64,000 nt of DNA from Azolla caroliniana (Eukaryota; Plantae; Polypodiophyta): positions 21,080,001-21,144,000 of the forward strand of contig JBHGNT010000001.1 of NCBI GenBank assembly GCA_043228905.1, written 5' to 3'. Positions within the stretch are counted from its first letter, which is position 1. The number at the start of each line of letters is the position of its first letter. The translations under genes were made by a program, and so were the position numbers. Of the stretch, positions 25,601 to 38,800 are shown piece by piece. The notes beneath the pieces were generated by a model, which was given only the letters and a program-made list of their open reading frames with translations, was not told where the DNA came from and searched no databases.

Positions 25601-28600
25601 AGCTCAAGGCAATGCAATTGAAAAGAGTCGTCAACAGACTCCCGACATTCTAAGAGAAAGAGACTGAAGACGTATGTGCAGCCTGCCAATTCGGCAAGCA
25701 ACATCGGCACCCGTTTCCAAAGGAGAGTAACGTGAGCAAAGGCGTACTCACCGTAATTCATTCTGATGTATGGGGACCATCTCAAATGGTTACATTTGGC
25801 GGATGCCGATACTATGTGGCCTTTATCGACGACTTCTCCAGGCACACATGGATCTACTCCATGCGACAAAGAGCAAATTGTTCGGACACTTCCAAAAATT
25901 CAAGAGTGGAGTCGAAAAGGAAACAGGTCGACATGTACGATGGAGGAAAATAGTACTTCTCCGACGAATTTTCGGCTTTTCTTTGGAAAGAAGGAATTCG
26001 GCAAGAGTTTTCGTGTCGACATACACCACAATAGAACGGAGTAGCCAAACGAAAGAATTGGCACATCCTCGAAGTAGCACGAGCCATGATTAATGAGAAG
26101 CACATGCCGAAATCGTATTAGGCAGAAGCCGTCAACACAACCGTCAACACAGCCGTCTACCTAATGAACTGGTGCACAACATCCGACGTGCATGAGGTTA
26201 CCCCGCACGAGAAGTTTTTCGGAAAGAAGCCGGATCTATCACATGTTCAGATATTCAGCTCCATTGCATACGTGCACATCCCCAACAAGAAGCGACAAAA
26301 GCTCGATCCGAAGTTAGAGAAATGTATCCTCGTAGGATACTCATTGGAGAAAAAGCGGTACAAGTGCTATAACCCCTCTACTTGGAAGGTTCGTGTAAGT
26401 CGAGATGTAGTCTTCGACGAATCGGCATCACGGTACGAACCCGAGCCGAATCCTCCCGAACCAATTCCAATCGACCTAGAATCCACGGAAAAAGAGATAG
26501 AAGATGGACAACGACTCAAACACATGTTCGAAGAAAGTCTTATTATGACTTAGTGGGCCACAAGAGCCCCCGAGTGACCAAAGCACATCTCGGCGTAGTC
26601 CGAAGATGGACAAAGGCAAGGCGAAAATGCCAGAGTATGAAGAAAATCAATCCGATGGCAATGAATCTACTAATTCCCTCGACAGTGAGTTTGGTGGCTT
26701 CAATGTACCTATCATGAGCACATCCGGCGTAAAGAAAGTCATTGCCACGACAAACGAAAAACTCCGTCATTCCACCCGTGAGAAGAATCCTGTCAACCAA
26801 TTCGGCTACAATGATTATATGCCTTTATGATGAAGGTGGCGACAGTTCGAGAACCAAAAAGTTTTTCAGAAGTAGCCAAGGATCCACGATGGGTCGAAGC
26901 AATGAACAAGGAGATGCGGGCACTATGGAAGAACGAGACATGGGATCTCGTTCCCCACTCACTGCACAAGAAGGAAATCGGCTACAGATGGATTTCTAAG
27001 GTGAAGTATAATGCTGACAGCTTTGTAAACGACTACAAAGCTTGACTCATAGCGAAAGGATACCACAAACACATGGAGTCGACTACGAAGAGACATTTGC
27101 CCCTGTGTCAAAGATGATGATTGTGCGGACCGTGATCGCACTCGCACCAACGAAAGGGTGGCATCTCCACCAGATGGACGTCAAGAACGTCTTTCTTCAA
27201 GGCAAAGTAGAAGAGGAGATGTACATGGTACAACCACCTGGCTTTGAATCAAGCATTGATCCGAAAGCCGTCTACCAACTCAAGAAGCCTCTCTACAAAC
27301 TTAAGTCAGCACCGCGTGCTTGGCATTCGAAGATAACGCAATATCTTCGTCAAATTGGCTTTCGAATGTCGAAATCCGACAACACTCCCTCTACATACAA
27401 AACGACTCTAGAATCCGATTGTCATCATCCTATACGTGGATGATCTGGTTATTCGAGGTGAGCATTTAGTCAACATCAACAATGTGAAGTCCCTCCTCTC
27501 CAACAAATTCGAGATGGGGACATGAAGGAGCTCCATTACTTCCTTGGCATCGAGGTAATTCGGACTCCAGTCGGCATTATGATCTCTCAACGACACTACA
27601 TCATGAACTTGATATACAAGTTCTGGATGGTTGAGTGTAAACCTATGGTAACCCCTCTCGATTGAAACCTCAAACTAGATGCTGACTCCAGCACGGAAAA
27701 GTGTGAGACGAATCAATATCGACAACTAATCGGGAGTCTCATCTACCTCACGATCACTCGAGCCGACCTGAGCTATCCGGTCGGCCTTCTTAGCCAATTC
27801 ATGCAAACTCCACGAGATATTCATTTCAATTGTGCTAAGTGAGTATTACGATACGTGAGCGGCACAATGGATTGTGGTATTCTCTACGAATCGACCACAC
27901 CAATTTGACTCAAAGGGTACACGGATGCCGATTCAGTAGGCTCTAGAGCCGATAAACGATCGACTTCCGGATTTGTCTTCTCGCTCAGCAATAGAGCAAT
28001 ATCTTGGAGTAGTAAGAAGTAACCTACCATCACACTTTCGAGCACGGAGGCTGAATAGAGGGGTGCAACCGTGGCTGCATGTGAAGTCGTATGGCTCAAG
28101 TGGATTTTGAAGGTTTTGGGCGTTCCCATCAAGGATCTGGTGTTCCATGCACGCACAAAGCATATCGAAGTGCACTATCACTTCATTCGAGAGTGCGTAT
28201 AGGCTGGAGATGTTGACCTTCAACACATCAACACGAATCTTTAGACAACTGACATCTTCACCAAAGCCCTGGGATTTGACAAGCTTCGGCAATTCATGTT
28301 AGACCTATGATTGGCGATCCTTGACTTGCCAATCTTGAGGGGGAGTACAAGAGGGAACCAAACACCGTCTGAACCGGGTACGAGCCAAAGCGGACATCGG
28401 AGATCGTCTGAATCCTTGTGACTCCTTGTAATGCTACATTTTGTATCTTATATTCTCCTTGTGAATATACACTTTCTTCTTAAGTATACTAGTTTGTGTA
28501 ATCCAAAGCTACAAAACATTCCTTCTTGGAGAAAAAGTTGTTCGCTAGATACTAGCAAGAGAGATGGAAGGAATTGAGGAAGTCGTTTTGCCTCTTCCAT

Positions 28601-29944
28601 TAAAATTAGCTCACTTGATTGAATTATCAATGTATCATAGAGAGCCTTGAATAACTACTTCAAGCTCCATACTAAGACCTACTGCTAGTGTCATGACCTC
28701 CAAGTAATAGATAATTGTAAAATTATGCGATCTTGAAGTTTACATTATAAGTTATCCTCACGGGGAAATACTCCTGGAAGTTGGCTTTAGAAGAGATGTC
28801 ACAACCATCAAGCACACATGTGGCTATGAGATTGTGTAGATAATTTTGACCATGCAAAGAATGCAATCAAGAGTTGCACAATCAATACCCACAAAACCTA
28901 CTCTTTTTGGTTCTGAGAATGTTGAGATTATGTGATTGGTTTGCATTGTCTCGTTTGAGTTTCTATAGTTTTAGGGCGAAAATGTATGGATTTTCTTTTT
29001 GGGAAAATCATAGATCATGTCCACACCTATGTAGTGTGTGTGTGTGTGTGTATGAAAAGGGGGGTCTCTTCCCCAATTTTAAGTAAATCAAGACAAGGGA
29101 ACCTCAATCCATCATTTTAGTATTTGTCTGAGTAATCAAGTAAGATCAATCTATAATCTTTTCCGCATCATCAACCTTTGTACTCCCACTTTTCTTGTCC
29201 ATCTCATTCATCCTCTTTTTTTATTTCTTAATTCGCAACTCATCCTTCCATTTGGGATTATTGCCTATATCTCCCACTGCGATGTCTGTAACAATTAGTG
29301 CCTTTAGAAGCAATGATTTAATGTTTGTCATGAGCATATCATTTTTTGGGTTTCTAAAAGTACTTTGTCATCATTAAACCATTAAGATGATTGCATGTGA
29401 CATTCTCTTGGTTAGACATGAATTTTATTGTCATTTTGTATGTGTCAGATTGCATTTGGAATTGAAAATGTGGTCATTAGCCTAGCTGATTTTCTATGCA
29501 TTGGAGCTCATTATGAATCTCTTGTTATATTTATTCCGAAGTACTTACGAGAACTCATCGATATGATGAAGGGAAATATAAATATTTGGATACTTGTTTT
29601 TACTAAACATTAGAGAAGAGAGAGAATATGGTTATTCTAATCGTTAGGCAAGGATTTAGTAAGTTAATAATAAATATTATTCAAATCTAGATAAATATAT
29701 TGTACAATATGGTTAAACTCTAAATTGGCCCCCTTTATTGCCTCTAGGTGGTCTCGATAACATATTCATGCAATCTACAATTTGAGGAAACTTCAAGGCC
29801 AAGGTATTTACAGATTTCTACAATTTCAAGTGGCACATTATTGCACATAATGCACACTTTATCCTAATTTTGGATCTTCACAAGCATAATCTTCATTTTA
29901 CCATGCAATCATAAGCGCGCCCACACACACACACACACACACAC

Positions 29945-29988
<44 letters not shown>

Positions 29989-32900
29989 TACCACATCATC
30001 GATGCCAAGTCGAAGTGAGGGATCAGTGGGATTAAAGCTCGATGTAGAGCCTCCAGGAAGGAGGTAGCGTGAGGAGATGGGCGAGTAGTCATCCGGGTCA
30101 GCCAAGTTCTCGATAAGCTCTGAGCCTGTTACTCTATCTCGCTTTTGTAATGACACCACACGTCGATGGGAACGCATGACTATCTTGTACCTCTCCTTTG
30201 TCACACCTGCCCGCCTCATCAATTCCTCGTTAACTTCTTGGCCCCACACTCCCTCCGTCTTCAACTCCCACTTTATCTTGTTCAAGTTCATCCTCAACTG
30301 CATGTAACATATAGAGTTCTAGTCACATTTCAAAATGTTCGATGTCATAATTATGTGGTGCACTTCCCTTCCTGCTATTTGTACATCCAAACTTATAAAT
30401 TCAAATTGATAGGAAAATTAGACAGCGAAATTAGTAGTAAAGCATTAGGGCTTGACTAAGGTAATTATTATTTTTCAAAAAAAAAACACTACTTCCCATT
30501 AGTTAGCAACTAAGGTAATTATTAGACAACCTAATTGACGACATATTGCATATCGTTATTAGACTCTCTTTTTTTGCAACAAAAAAGGTGTGCTATGTTG
30601 TTTTAGCATATCACTATATATTAGATGTCTTGTTTTCGCATGTCACCATAATATACAAGCAAATATATTGTCTCCTTAGCAACTTTACGTGCATAGCCAT
30701 AATTTATCTGGTGGTTTTAACTAACCGAATAAGTTACGGTTATGCCCATAACATGGCCTAGGATTCAAAGTAGTCCTCCCTTCTTTACATTCTCAATTAA
30801 CCCTCACACTCTTATGTTCATGTGTATAAAACTACGGTTTTAACTACAAGACGGGATAAGTTATAGTTATGCCCAGAAACAACAATCCATCTCAGAGATG
30901 TTTTTCCAAATGCTGATGCAGTGCTGAGTATTTTAACTCATCGATCATTTCATTAACACTCCCATCTTGCACGTGTTCCCTTAATATTCACGATGGTATT
31001 AGAAGCTATGGATGGGTGGAAGAGAATGTAGAAAGATCTGAAGGGGCTATTAAAGGAGACAATAAATTGTATCAATTTAGAATATATGGCACACAATGAA
31101 GTTACTTCCTTGATGAATATCACACCATCATGGTGATGGTGATGGAGATGATGATGATGATGATGAGATGTGTGTATATGTATGTATGTTATGAATCATA
31201 TAATTTTGTGTGCCAAAGATTGACAAATTGTGGTCGTGTTTAAAAGATGAATGGATCCATGAATGATGATGACAGAGATTGAAGCCTCACCTCTGCAATG
31301 TTGAAAGGTATCCTTACGGGGTGGCCTGCCCTTGTTTGTGCACGCAAAATAGAATTACGAATCCAGAAAATGGCATAGGTCGAGAACCTGAACCCTTTTG
31401 TTGGGTCAAACCTTTCGACTGCCACAATGAGTCCTTTCACACCTTCTTGACACAGATCCGACAGCGACAAGCTGCTTCCCGTCGCCTCACACAGATATTT
31501 CCTTGCTTGATGCTTTACCAACCTCAGATTCAACTGCAAACACAACAGCGAGATTGGCAAACTTATGGTTTGATCTGGTAGTTAAGGAATTGGTTTAAAA
31601 AGCTTAATTCTTGCTTGGTCAATTTCTTTAATACTCTTTTATTTTTTTTGGAGTCCAAAATCAAATCATCTTCACAACCACCAAAGCTTCTTCCTAAACT
31701 TGGAGTAATTCTCCGTGTTAATTTGTGGCAATCTGAATAATGGTACATTCAGCAGGACAGAGGTTAAAATGGAGGTCATATGGCACCTAACTAAGTTTTG
31801 TACACCAACCATTACAGAGGCTACATGAGACATGAATTTGTAAGCATGTACAGAACTTTCGTTGGAAACTGAAATACTTAAAAGAGTTAGGGCAGTGTAC
31901 CTTGATAAGTTTGTTTCTGGCTGCTTCGTAGACAATCTTGTGCTTCATGAGGGTATTCACCTCCAAATTAGATGTCTGTGCCCACTCTTTATATGAAGGC
32001 TCCACGCCAAGTTGCTTCTTTAGGTCCTCTTTGAGCTTCTTGAGCTCCTGATTGCCCAAAAAAACCGATAAACAGTAAGAAAGGATTCGATGATGGATCG
32101 ATATGATACAACATCAAACAAATCTTTGGTATTAGCAAGTGGAGCATCTATCACATTAACATGGCAACCACATAGATCTATACATATAAGAAACAAATCC
32201 CCCAAACAAACATGAGAAAGGGTAATCAAATAGAATTATCTTTGATATGATCAAGTGGAGCATCACATTGACATGGCAAATAGGTCGATCTATACATAGA
32301 GACAAACCCCCATACAAACATGGAGAGAGAAAGCCTTTCTCATGTGGAAGGAGAGAAAGAGTCCACACTCTCCCTCATGTAGTTTCCCTCCAAACTATGT
32401 GTGGATCAAACACTAAAGATCAGAAGAGCTTTGGTATTAAAAGATCGAATTGAAGATACAGTACTTACACATTATCCTAATCCTCGGGACCTACTGGGGC
32501 AATGATATTCATGAATTGCAGCAGTAAAAGCATTCCAGGTCCATATATTGGAGTCTTTCTTTGTTCAATACACAATTCACATACTGTACACACCCGCACA
32601 ATGCTCAGATTAGAGTTTGATTCAATAATGATAATAATAATACCGCATTCCAGATCCATATATTGGAGTCTTTCTTTGTTCAATACACAATTCACATACT
32701 GTACACACTAGCGCAATGCTCAGATTAGAGTTTGATTCAATAATGATAATAATAATACCTTGAACGGCTTCATCAAGGACGCAAGATATCTTTCCTCCTT
32801 CAAAGACAAGAGTTCTCGATCCAGCTTTGACCAGTCCTGCGCCATGAGATTGAATGAGCCTCCATACTTGAGAAGGAGATCTCGCACATTGACAACGGGA

Positions 32901-33868
32901 TCTGATCTAAGAGATCTAATGGTGTTCTTTTGCTCATCTTTCCGCAATTGGAGCCTACTTCTTTTACTAGAAGATCTCTTAATCCGTTTGAGATCCTTGG
33001 GGCCTCTTTCGACGGATTCGAACATAGGAGCCTGAATCTTCTTATTCGAAGCCTTTTTGCTATTTAACCTACTAGCTATCGTACCAGGTGCACCAGAAGA
33101 GGAGTCATTCTTTGATTGAATTACACCATGTAATAATGCATTGACACCAGATGAGCTTTCTTCTTTGACAATAGTGGACCTACTAGGTGAGGTTTCTTCC
33201 ATATTGGCAATCCTGTCGGATGGCTTTTCTGATTCATCCATATTCAGAATCACAGAAGAAGATGGCGTTTCTTCAATATTATTACTAGATGCAGGCCTTA
33301 CTTTAGTATCAGCGTTGAGACTAACAGTAGATGCAGTTCCCTGATCATTGTGGAGATCAGTAGATGGACTTTCAATGAAGAGATACTCGAGAGCAACAAG
33401 CTCCTTTTGTAGCAAAGTATAGTACTGGAGATCCCTGGGATATTGATGATGGTGAGATAGTAGATTGGTATCAGAGGTGAGGGAAGCCTGACAGGTAGGC
33501 TTTAAGACCAGAGGGGGTCGCAGGGAAGTGGACCTGATTCTTTGACGTCGGGTGGATCGTGATGATTTGGATGATGATGATGATGATGATGAATCGGAAG
33601 GAGGCAAGGTTAAGGTTTGGGCTTTGGTGCCGATCAATAGTTTGTGGGATGATGATGATGATGATGATGATGAAGAAGAAGGCGGGCTAGGGCTAATCCG
33701 GCAATTTCTTGGACGGAATCTGTTGAGACTACTCGCTGATGATGAGCTGGAGTAGTGTGGATCGAGCAAGCTTAGAGTGTAGACTTGATTGTCGTCGTGA
33801 AGGAGGAGAAGAGGCGAAGGCAGGAGCGTGAGATTGATGATGGCTGGTTTCGCGATGGTGCCGGCCAT
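22487..33868 (-). CDS. SIG5: Nuclear-encoded plastid RNA polymerase sigma factor, SIG5/SIGE type; join(33868-32759,32047-31901,31533-31291,30297-29992,22687-22487), about 668 aa
   Basis: All four introns GT-AG, phase 0, frame open; Ser-rich transit-peptide-like N-terminus; region 2 [48 protein letters not shown]; region 4 [57 protein letters not shown], which closely resembles the plant SIG5 C-terminus as recalled. Confidence 0.85.
23559..28487 (+). mobile_element. Old degenerate Ty1/copia element D inside SIG5 intron 4, antisense to the gene
   Basis: 5' LTR 23559-24020, PBS TGGTATTAGAGC, gag-PR-INT-RT-RNase H with many stops, GAGGGGGAG near 28337, only ~70 bp of 3' LTR (28416-28487 matches 23830-23901). 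Confidence 0.9.
29922..29984. repeat. (CA)n(GA)n microsatellite immediately inside the intron 4 donor
   Basis: Direct reading. Confidence 0.95.
29992..30297 (-). CDS. SIG5: SIG5 exon 4 (102 codons; sigma region 3)
   Basis: ATGCAG|TTG acceptor, GTG|GTAAAT donor; [20 protein letters not shown]. Confidence 0.88.
31291..31533 (-). CDS. SIG5: SIG5 exon 3 (81 codons; sigma region 2)
   Basis: TTGCAG|TTG acceptor, GAG|GTGAG donor; [14 protein letters not shown]. Confidence 0.92.
31901..32047 (-). CDS. SIG5: SIG5 exon 2 (49 codons)
   Basis: CAG|GAG acceptor, AAG|GTAC donor; [19 protein letters not shown]. Confidence 0.9.
32530..32759. repeat. 115-bp tandem duplication at the 5' end of SIG5 intron 1
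   Basis: Units 32530-32644 and 32645-32759 differ at a few bases. Confidence 0.95.
32759..33868 (-). CDS. SIG5: SIG5 exon 1 (370 codons; transit peptide, unconserved region, region 1.2)
   Basis: ATG GCC GGC at 33868; [16 protein letters not shown]; donor AAG|GTATTA. Confidence 0.8.
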
Positions 33869-33959
33869 AAAGAAGTAGAAGTAGAAGTTCTGAAGTAGAA
33901 GTAGAAGGGAAAGCGAAAGTGGAGAGGAGTGGGATGAGGTGGGTAGGGGTGTTATAATG

Positions 33960-34085
33960 AAGACGAAGAAGAAGAAGAAGAAGAAGAAGAAGAAGAAGAA
34001 GAAGAAGAAGCAGCAGAAGCAGAGAAAGAAGAAGAAAGAAGAAGAAGAAGAAGAAGAAGAGTGTGAGTGTGAGTGTGAGTGTGTC
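33960..34085 (-). repeat. (CTT)n/(CACACT)n tract in the probable SIG5 5' UTR
   Basis: Long GAA run on the plus strand upstream of the ATG. Confidence 0.9.
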
Positions 34086-34099
34086 GCATCGCTGGTTCT

Positions 34100-34235
34100 C
34101 TGGTAGCCACGCAATTTCTTTGCTCATTTGGCCCACGCTGACCTCCTACCAATCATTGCCCTCCACGTGGCTTGCAAGTGCGAATCTCCCAGCCACGAAA
34201 TCTCGGTCTCGACTTCACGTCAACGTGCGCACCTC
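34100..34235 (-). promoter_or_regulatory. Putative SIG5 proximal promoter with G-box and ACGT elements
   Basis: CCACGTGG (CACGTG 34164-34169), TGACGTG on minus strand 34222-34216, AACGTG, several CCACG half-sites, CCAAT 34149-34153. Confidence 0.6.
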
Positions 34236-34278
34236 CTAACGCACGCACTCCCCACACTCACAAAATGACAGACAGACT

Positions 34279-34316
<38 letters not shown>

Positions 34317-35419
34317 TATGTTGGCCACTTCCTTTCTTCCTCTCTCTTATGACCAACAACTCGTTCATTCACTCTCATGTTTTTGCTGTGTGTGTGTGTG
34401 TGAAACAAAGCTCTTGGAGCCTACGGTGGTAGGCAAAAATAAATCAGAGAAGCTTTTGATCGCGTCTTGTAAAACAAAATCTATCGATGCCCGACATTTG
34501 TTTTCTTTTTACATTGCAAACCCGTGGAGGTGGCAACATGTGGAAATTTTACCTTCTTGACCTCTCACATTATTTGGGCCAGACCTCCCAAGGCCATTCA
34601 CAAGTGCTTCTCTGCCCCCATGTTGGCAGGTCATTCCTATCCATCGGAGTCTTGATGGATATTTGTTCATCAAAATCATAAGTCTAGATTATGGTGGAAA
34701 ATGATCCCATGAATACCTCTTTTCAGAAGTGGGCCCAACCCAAACATTTCTCCATGGCCTTGTCTAAGGGTCTTAGTACTACCACATGGATTTGGAATCT
34801 ACAAGCTAATGCTTATGATTCACAATAATGATTCAAAGGAACTATTCGCTTGTGTGAGCGAGGGTCCTACAATACATGGTGGCGCTTTGCAATTTTCCTT
34901 TCTTAGATGTGTTCGAGGGTAAACAACCATCTGGTGGTGTGTTAACACAAAGAAACAATAGTTACCTTCATGTTACAAACATGCACCATTTTGCAGGTGA
35001 TGTGGCTAGACATGGGTGCTAATCACTCTTGAACTTACTAAACAAGACATCCTAGGCTACTGAAGAAAACACCCTAATCATGTCCTTCCTTTCTTAACTG
35101 AAGGATATAATAAAACGAGTAACTTAATATATAATTTAACCCACACGAGAAATCATACATGCTCATAATATGTGTGGTCACAAGGTGCCTTGAATATAGG
35201 GCCACCTAGGAGGATGCAAAGCAATTGGAGAATGCAAATTATAACTTGTATGTCAATATTAGGGATGTTGATATGGTTGTCAATAACGAGGGTAATGATC
35301 TTGAGCTCATGTGGGAAGCACTAGTTAAAAAGATGAAAAATGGGTGTCTGGCCAGTTGGATGCCAAATTTAGGCTTGTTTTAAACAAGAACAAGGAGTTG
35401 ATATTGATAAAATCTTCTC

Positions 35420-35868
35420 TTCGACGGTCAAGATGACTACGTTACACATGATGTTCGAATTTGAGCCGACTTCTCCTAAATCATTTCCACTCGACCCGAA
35501 TTTGGTCAACCAAGAGATAGAAGATGAAGATCAACTGAGGCATATGTTCGAAGAAAGTCTGATCATGACCAGGCTCAGTGGGCCACAAGAACCCTCGAGC
35601 GACCAGAGCACATCTTGGCCAAGTCCGAAGATGGACAAAAGGCTAGGCCAAAATGCTGGAATATGAAGCTGATCATTTCAACGACAACGAATCGACTCAC
35701 TCACTCGATAGTGAGTTCGGTAGCTTCATGAACTATGGGTCGTGAACTATGGGTCGAAGCAATGAACAAGGAGATGTGGGCACTATGCAAGAAGGAGACA
35801 TGGGATCTCGCTCCCCACTCACCACACAAAAAGGCGATCGGTTGCATGTGGATTTACAAAGTGAAGTA
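35420..35868 (+). mobile_element. Copia INT-RT junction remnant (element D-like) interrupted by element F
   Basis: [18 protein letters not shown]; [26 protein letters not shown] then LTR. Confidence 0.8.
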
Positions 35869-38800
35869 TGTTGAGCGGACAAGCTCAACCGGACCCGGAT
35901 CGGTTGAACAAGCCAGAGCCAGATCGGAGTTTGGAATGAAGAGTCGGATCAGTGTCCGGACAGTATTCGGAACCATGTGCCGGATCAGATTGGAACCGGT
36001 AGGCCGTTAGAGGCTTACGAATCTAGCCTACTACGTAGGCATATTTTTGGGAGTCCGTGTTAGTCACTCATATGAGCATTGAAGTACGTGTCAATACGTC
36101 TGTTAGTCCTTTTATGGGCTTGTATAAAAGTGCTCACTGAGCACACTGTATGTACAAAGTATTATTATTATTTTGAATCAAGTTGTGTTCCTGCTCTAAC
36201 TATGTCTCTCTCTTGTGTGTAAGGTTTCCATTAAACCTGTCTCCATTCTGTTGCTATCCGGTTGAGCCGGTTTTGTTTTAGCTTCCGCATATTTACTTTT
36301 ACATGGTATCAAAGCGCGAGGGTTGAGAACCTCTACAGCCGACGAGCGATTTCTGAAGACAAACCTAACACCCGGTAGAGAATAGAAAACAAAGGTTAGA
36401 ATGGACAGAGGAATGGTTAGCTCGCTCCCGACGGAGAAGCACGACAGATTCAACTATGCACCTTGGTTGTACAAGATGCAACAGTACTTGCTCGGGCACG
36501 GTTATTGGAGTTATGTCGACGGAGCTAACGACACGACACTTTATGCAGCACACAAGGACTTCTCGGCTTGGGAACAAGCGGCAAGCACAATTATGTACCG
36601 TGTTGGGTCGAGTGTTGGGGATTAGCTGCTCCGCCATATCTGGGATGCCAAGATGCCGAAGGAAGCTTGGGGGAAACCTGAAGAAGGTCTTCGTCGCAAG
36701 CACCACGGCCCGGAAGCTGTAACTCCGATAGGAGTTGAGCAATGCCCGACAGAAGGACATGTCGGTGGCCGAATATACAGCCTGGATCAAAGAGATCTAC
36801 GACTCACTTGCCTCCATCAACGTGAATGTCGAGGAAGATGAGATGGTGGAGGTCTGTCTCAGGGGCGTCATGTCAAAGTTTGGAACATTCTAGACTACGG
36901 TCTGTACAAGGGAGAATACGCCCTCGTTTTTTGACTTATAGTCGATGCTCCTAGTAGAGGAGAACCACATGGGTGCGTCAACAAGGATGCACACTAACAA
37001 CAAGATGTTGTACATGGAGGCAGATCGATCCCCTGGGCGTGGTGGACGAGGCGGATTGGCACACAATAGCAGCAGCCGACAAGAGCAAAACTAGAGGCAT
37101 AGAGATACTGTCGACAACAATTCCGGACCCTCCACAAGCAAGGGGAGTCAAAGCGGTGCCGGAAACTGGCAATCAAAGGCCGACATGGAATGCTAGTATT
37201 GTGGCAGGAAAGGTCACAAGGAAAGCGAGTTATGGAAGAAGCGCGCTGATTCGGATAAATCTGGATCCGGCAAAGCCGGACAAAGGAACCGACAAAGCTC
37301 GCACTACATAGAAGGATCAGAAGGATCCGGAACCGGTAAGACCAGAAAAGGGTCAATGTTTGTGATGAAACACAAGGCAAACTCGATGAAGAAGACCACT
37401 TCTGGATCGGAGGAAGTGTGGTACGTTGACTCCGGAGCATCTAACCACATAACGAAACCAGAGACGACACTACTCACCCAATTGTGCATGTCGGAGAAGT
37501 CTCTTTAAGCCATGTTAGAGAAAAGGGAAAGCCATGTTGGAGAACTACATGTTCCAACAATCACAAAAAACCTTGTGTCGGCCGGGCTAATCATCAACCA
37601 GGGGATGCAGGTGCGGTTTACGCACTTCGGGTGCTTCATTGAGGAAGAAGGCTGGATAATTGTGCAAGGGCGTTGGGATGGGAGGATGTTTATCCTCGAC
37701 ACCAATGACGTGTGCACAACTATGTTCGCAAAAGGACAGAAGGTTGAATCAGATATCGACCTAGGGCACAAGCGGGTCAGCCACGTCAAGACCTGCTATC
37801 GAAACATATTGTTTTTGGTTGTTTTCAGAAGGCCCAAATATGTGAAGCCTACCAACTCGAGAAGCAACATCGTCTTCCGTTCCCCACTGAGAGAAACTGG
37901 AGCCGTAACAAGCTCAATCTAACACATTTGGATGTATGGGGATCGACACAGAATGTTAGTCTTGGCGGGAGCCGATATTTTGTCTCCTCCATCAACGACT
38001 ATAGCCGGTACACATGGATCTACCTAATCAAAAGAAAAAGCGAAGTTTTTGACTATTTCCGGAACTTGCAAAGTCTTGTAGAACGGGAAATAGAGAGGAA
38101 GATCAAGTGCTTGCGGTCAGATGGCGGAAAAGAATATTTTTCCGGCCAATTCAACAGTTAGCTACAAAAGAAAGGGATTCGAAGGGAACTCAGTTGCCAA
38201 TACACACCGGAACAGAACAGTGTGGCCGAAAGGAAGAACCGGTCAATTTTGGAGGCGGAACGGGAAATGTTGGAAGAGAAAAGCATGGCCAAGTTCTACT
38301 AGGTCGAAGTGGTCCGGATGGCTATTTACATCTAAAACTGGATCCAGGATAAGGTGTCAGCAAACAAGCTATATTTTGGGTGGAAGCGAATTTAAGACAC
38401 TTTAAGATATTATGTAGCATTGCATATGTACATGTGGCGGATGAGAAGCGGAGAAAGCTAAACCCGAAGTCGAAGAAGTGCATCAGTGTTGGCTACTCAC
38501 ATGAGCAAAAGGGTTATAAGTGCTATAACCCCTAAGCAAAACAAGTTCAGGTAAGCCGAGATGTCGAATTTGACGAGTCGGCATCATGGTACTCTCTCCC
38601 AACTCCGATGTCCAACTTTGACCCGATTTTGGAGGATGAGGCCAATGAGCCCGAAACGATCCGGGCAGAAGATGAAGAAGGATTCGGTACTCTAGATGAG
38701 GGTTGGATCACATTTGGGCTAAGTGGGCCGAATGAGTGACTGAGTTGGCATGACCAGTCAGAGAAGAGCCGGCGAGTAGCCGACGGTCGTGCTCTCCCTG

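Noticed and set aside
28490-29620. Possible decayed transposase or LINE coding remnant in intron 4 (similar hint at 34680-35400)
   Set aside because: Looks coding-like, but no diagnostic motif could be identified by eye
22487-33868. Bacterial sigma-70 gene or contamination
   Set aside because: Spliceosomal GT-AG introns, transit-peptide-like N-terminus and plant TE context
33869-34114. N-terminal poly-Ser/poly-Phe extension of the sigma factor in ORF 32720-34114
   Set aside because: Starts at TTG and is translation of a (CTT)n microsatellite; first in-frame ATG is 33868
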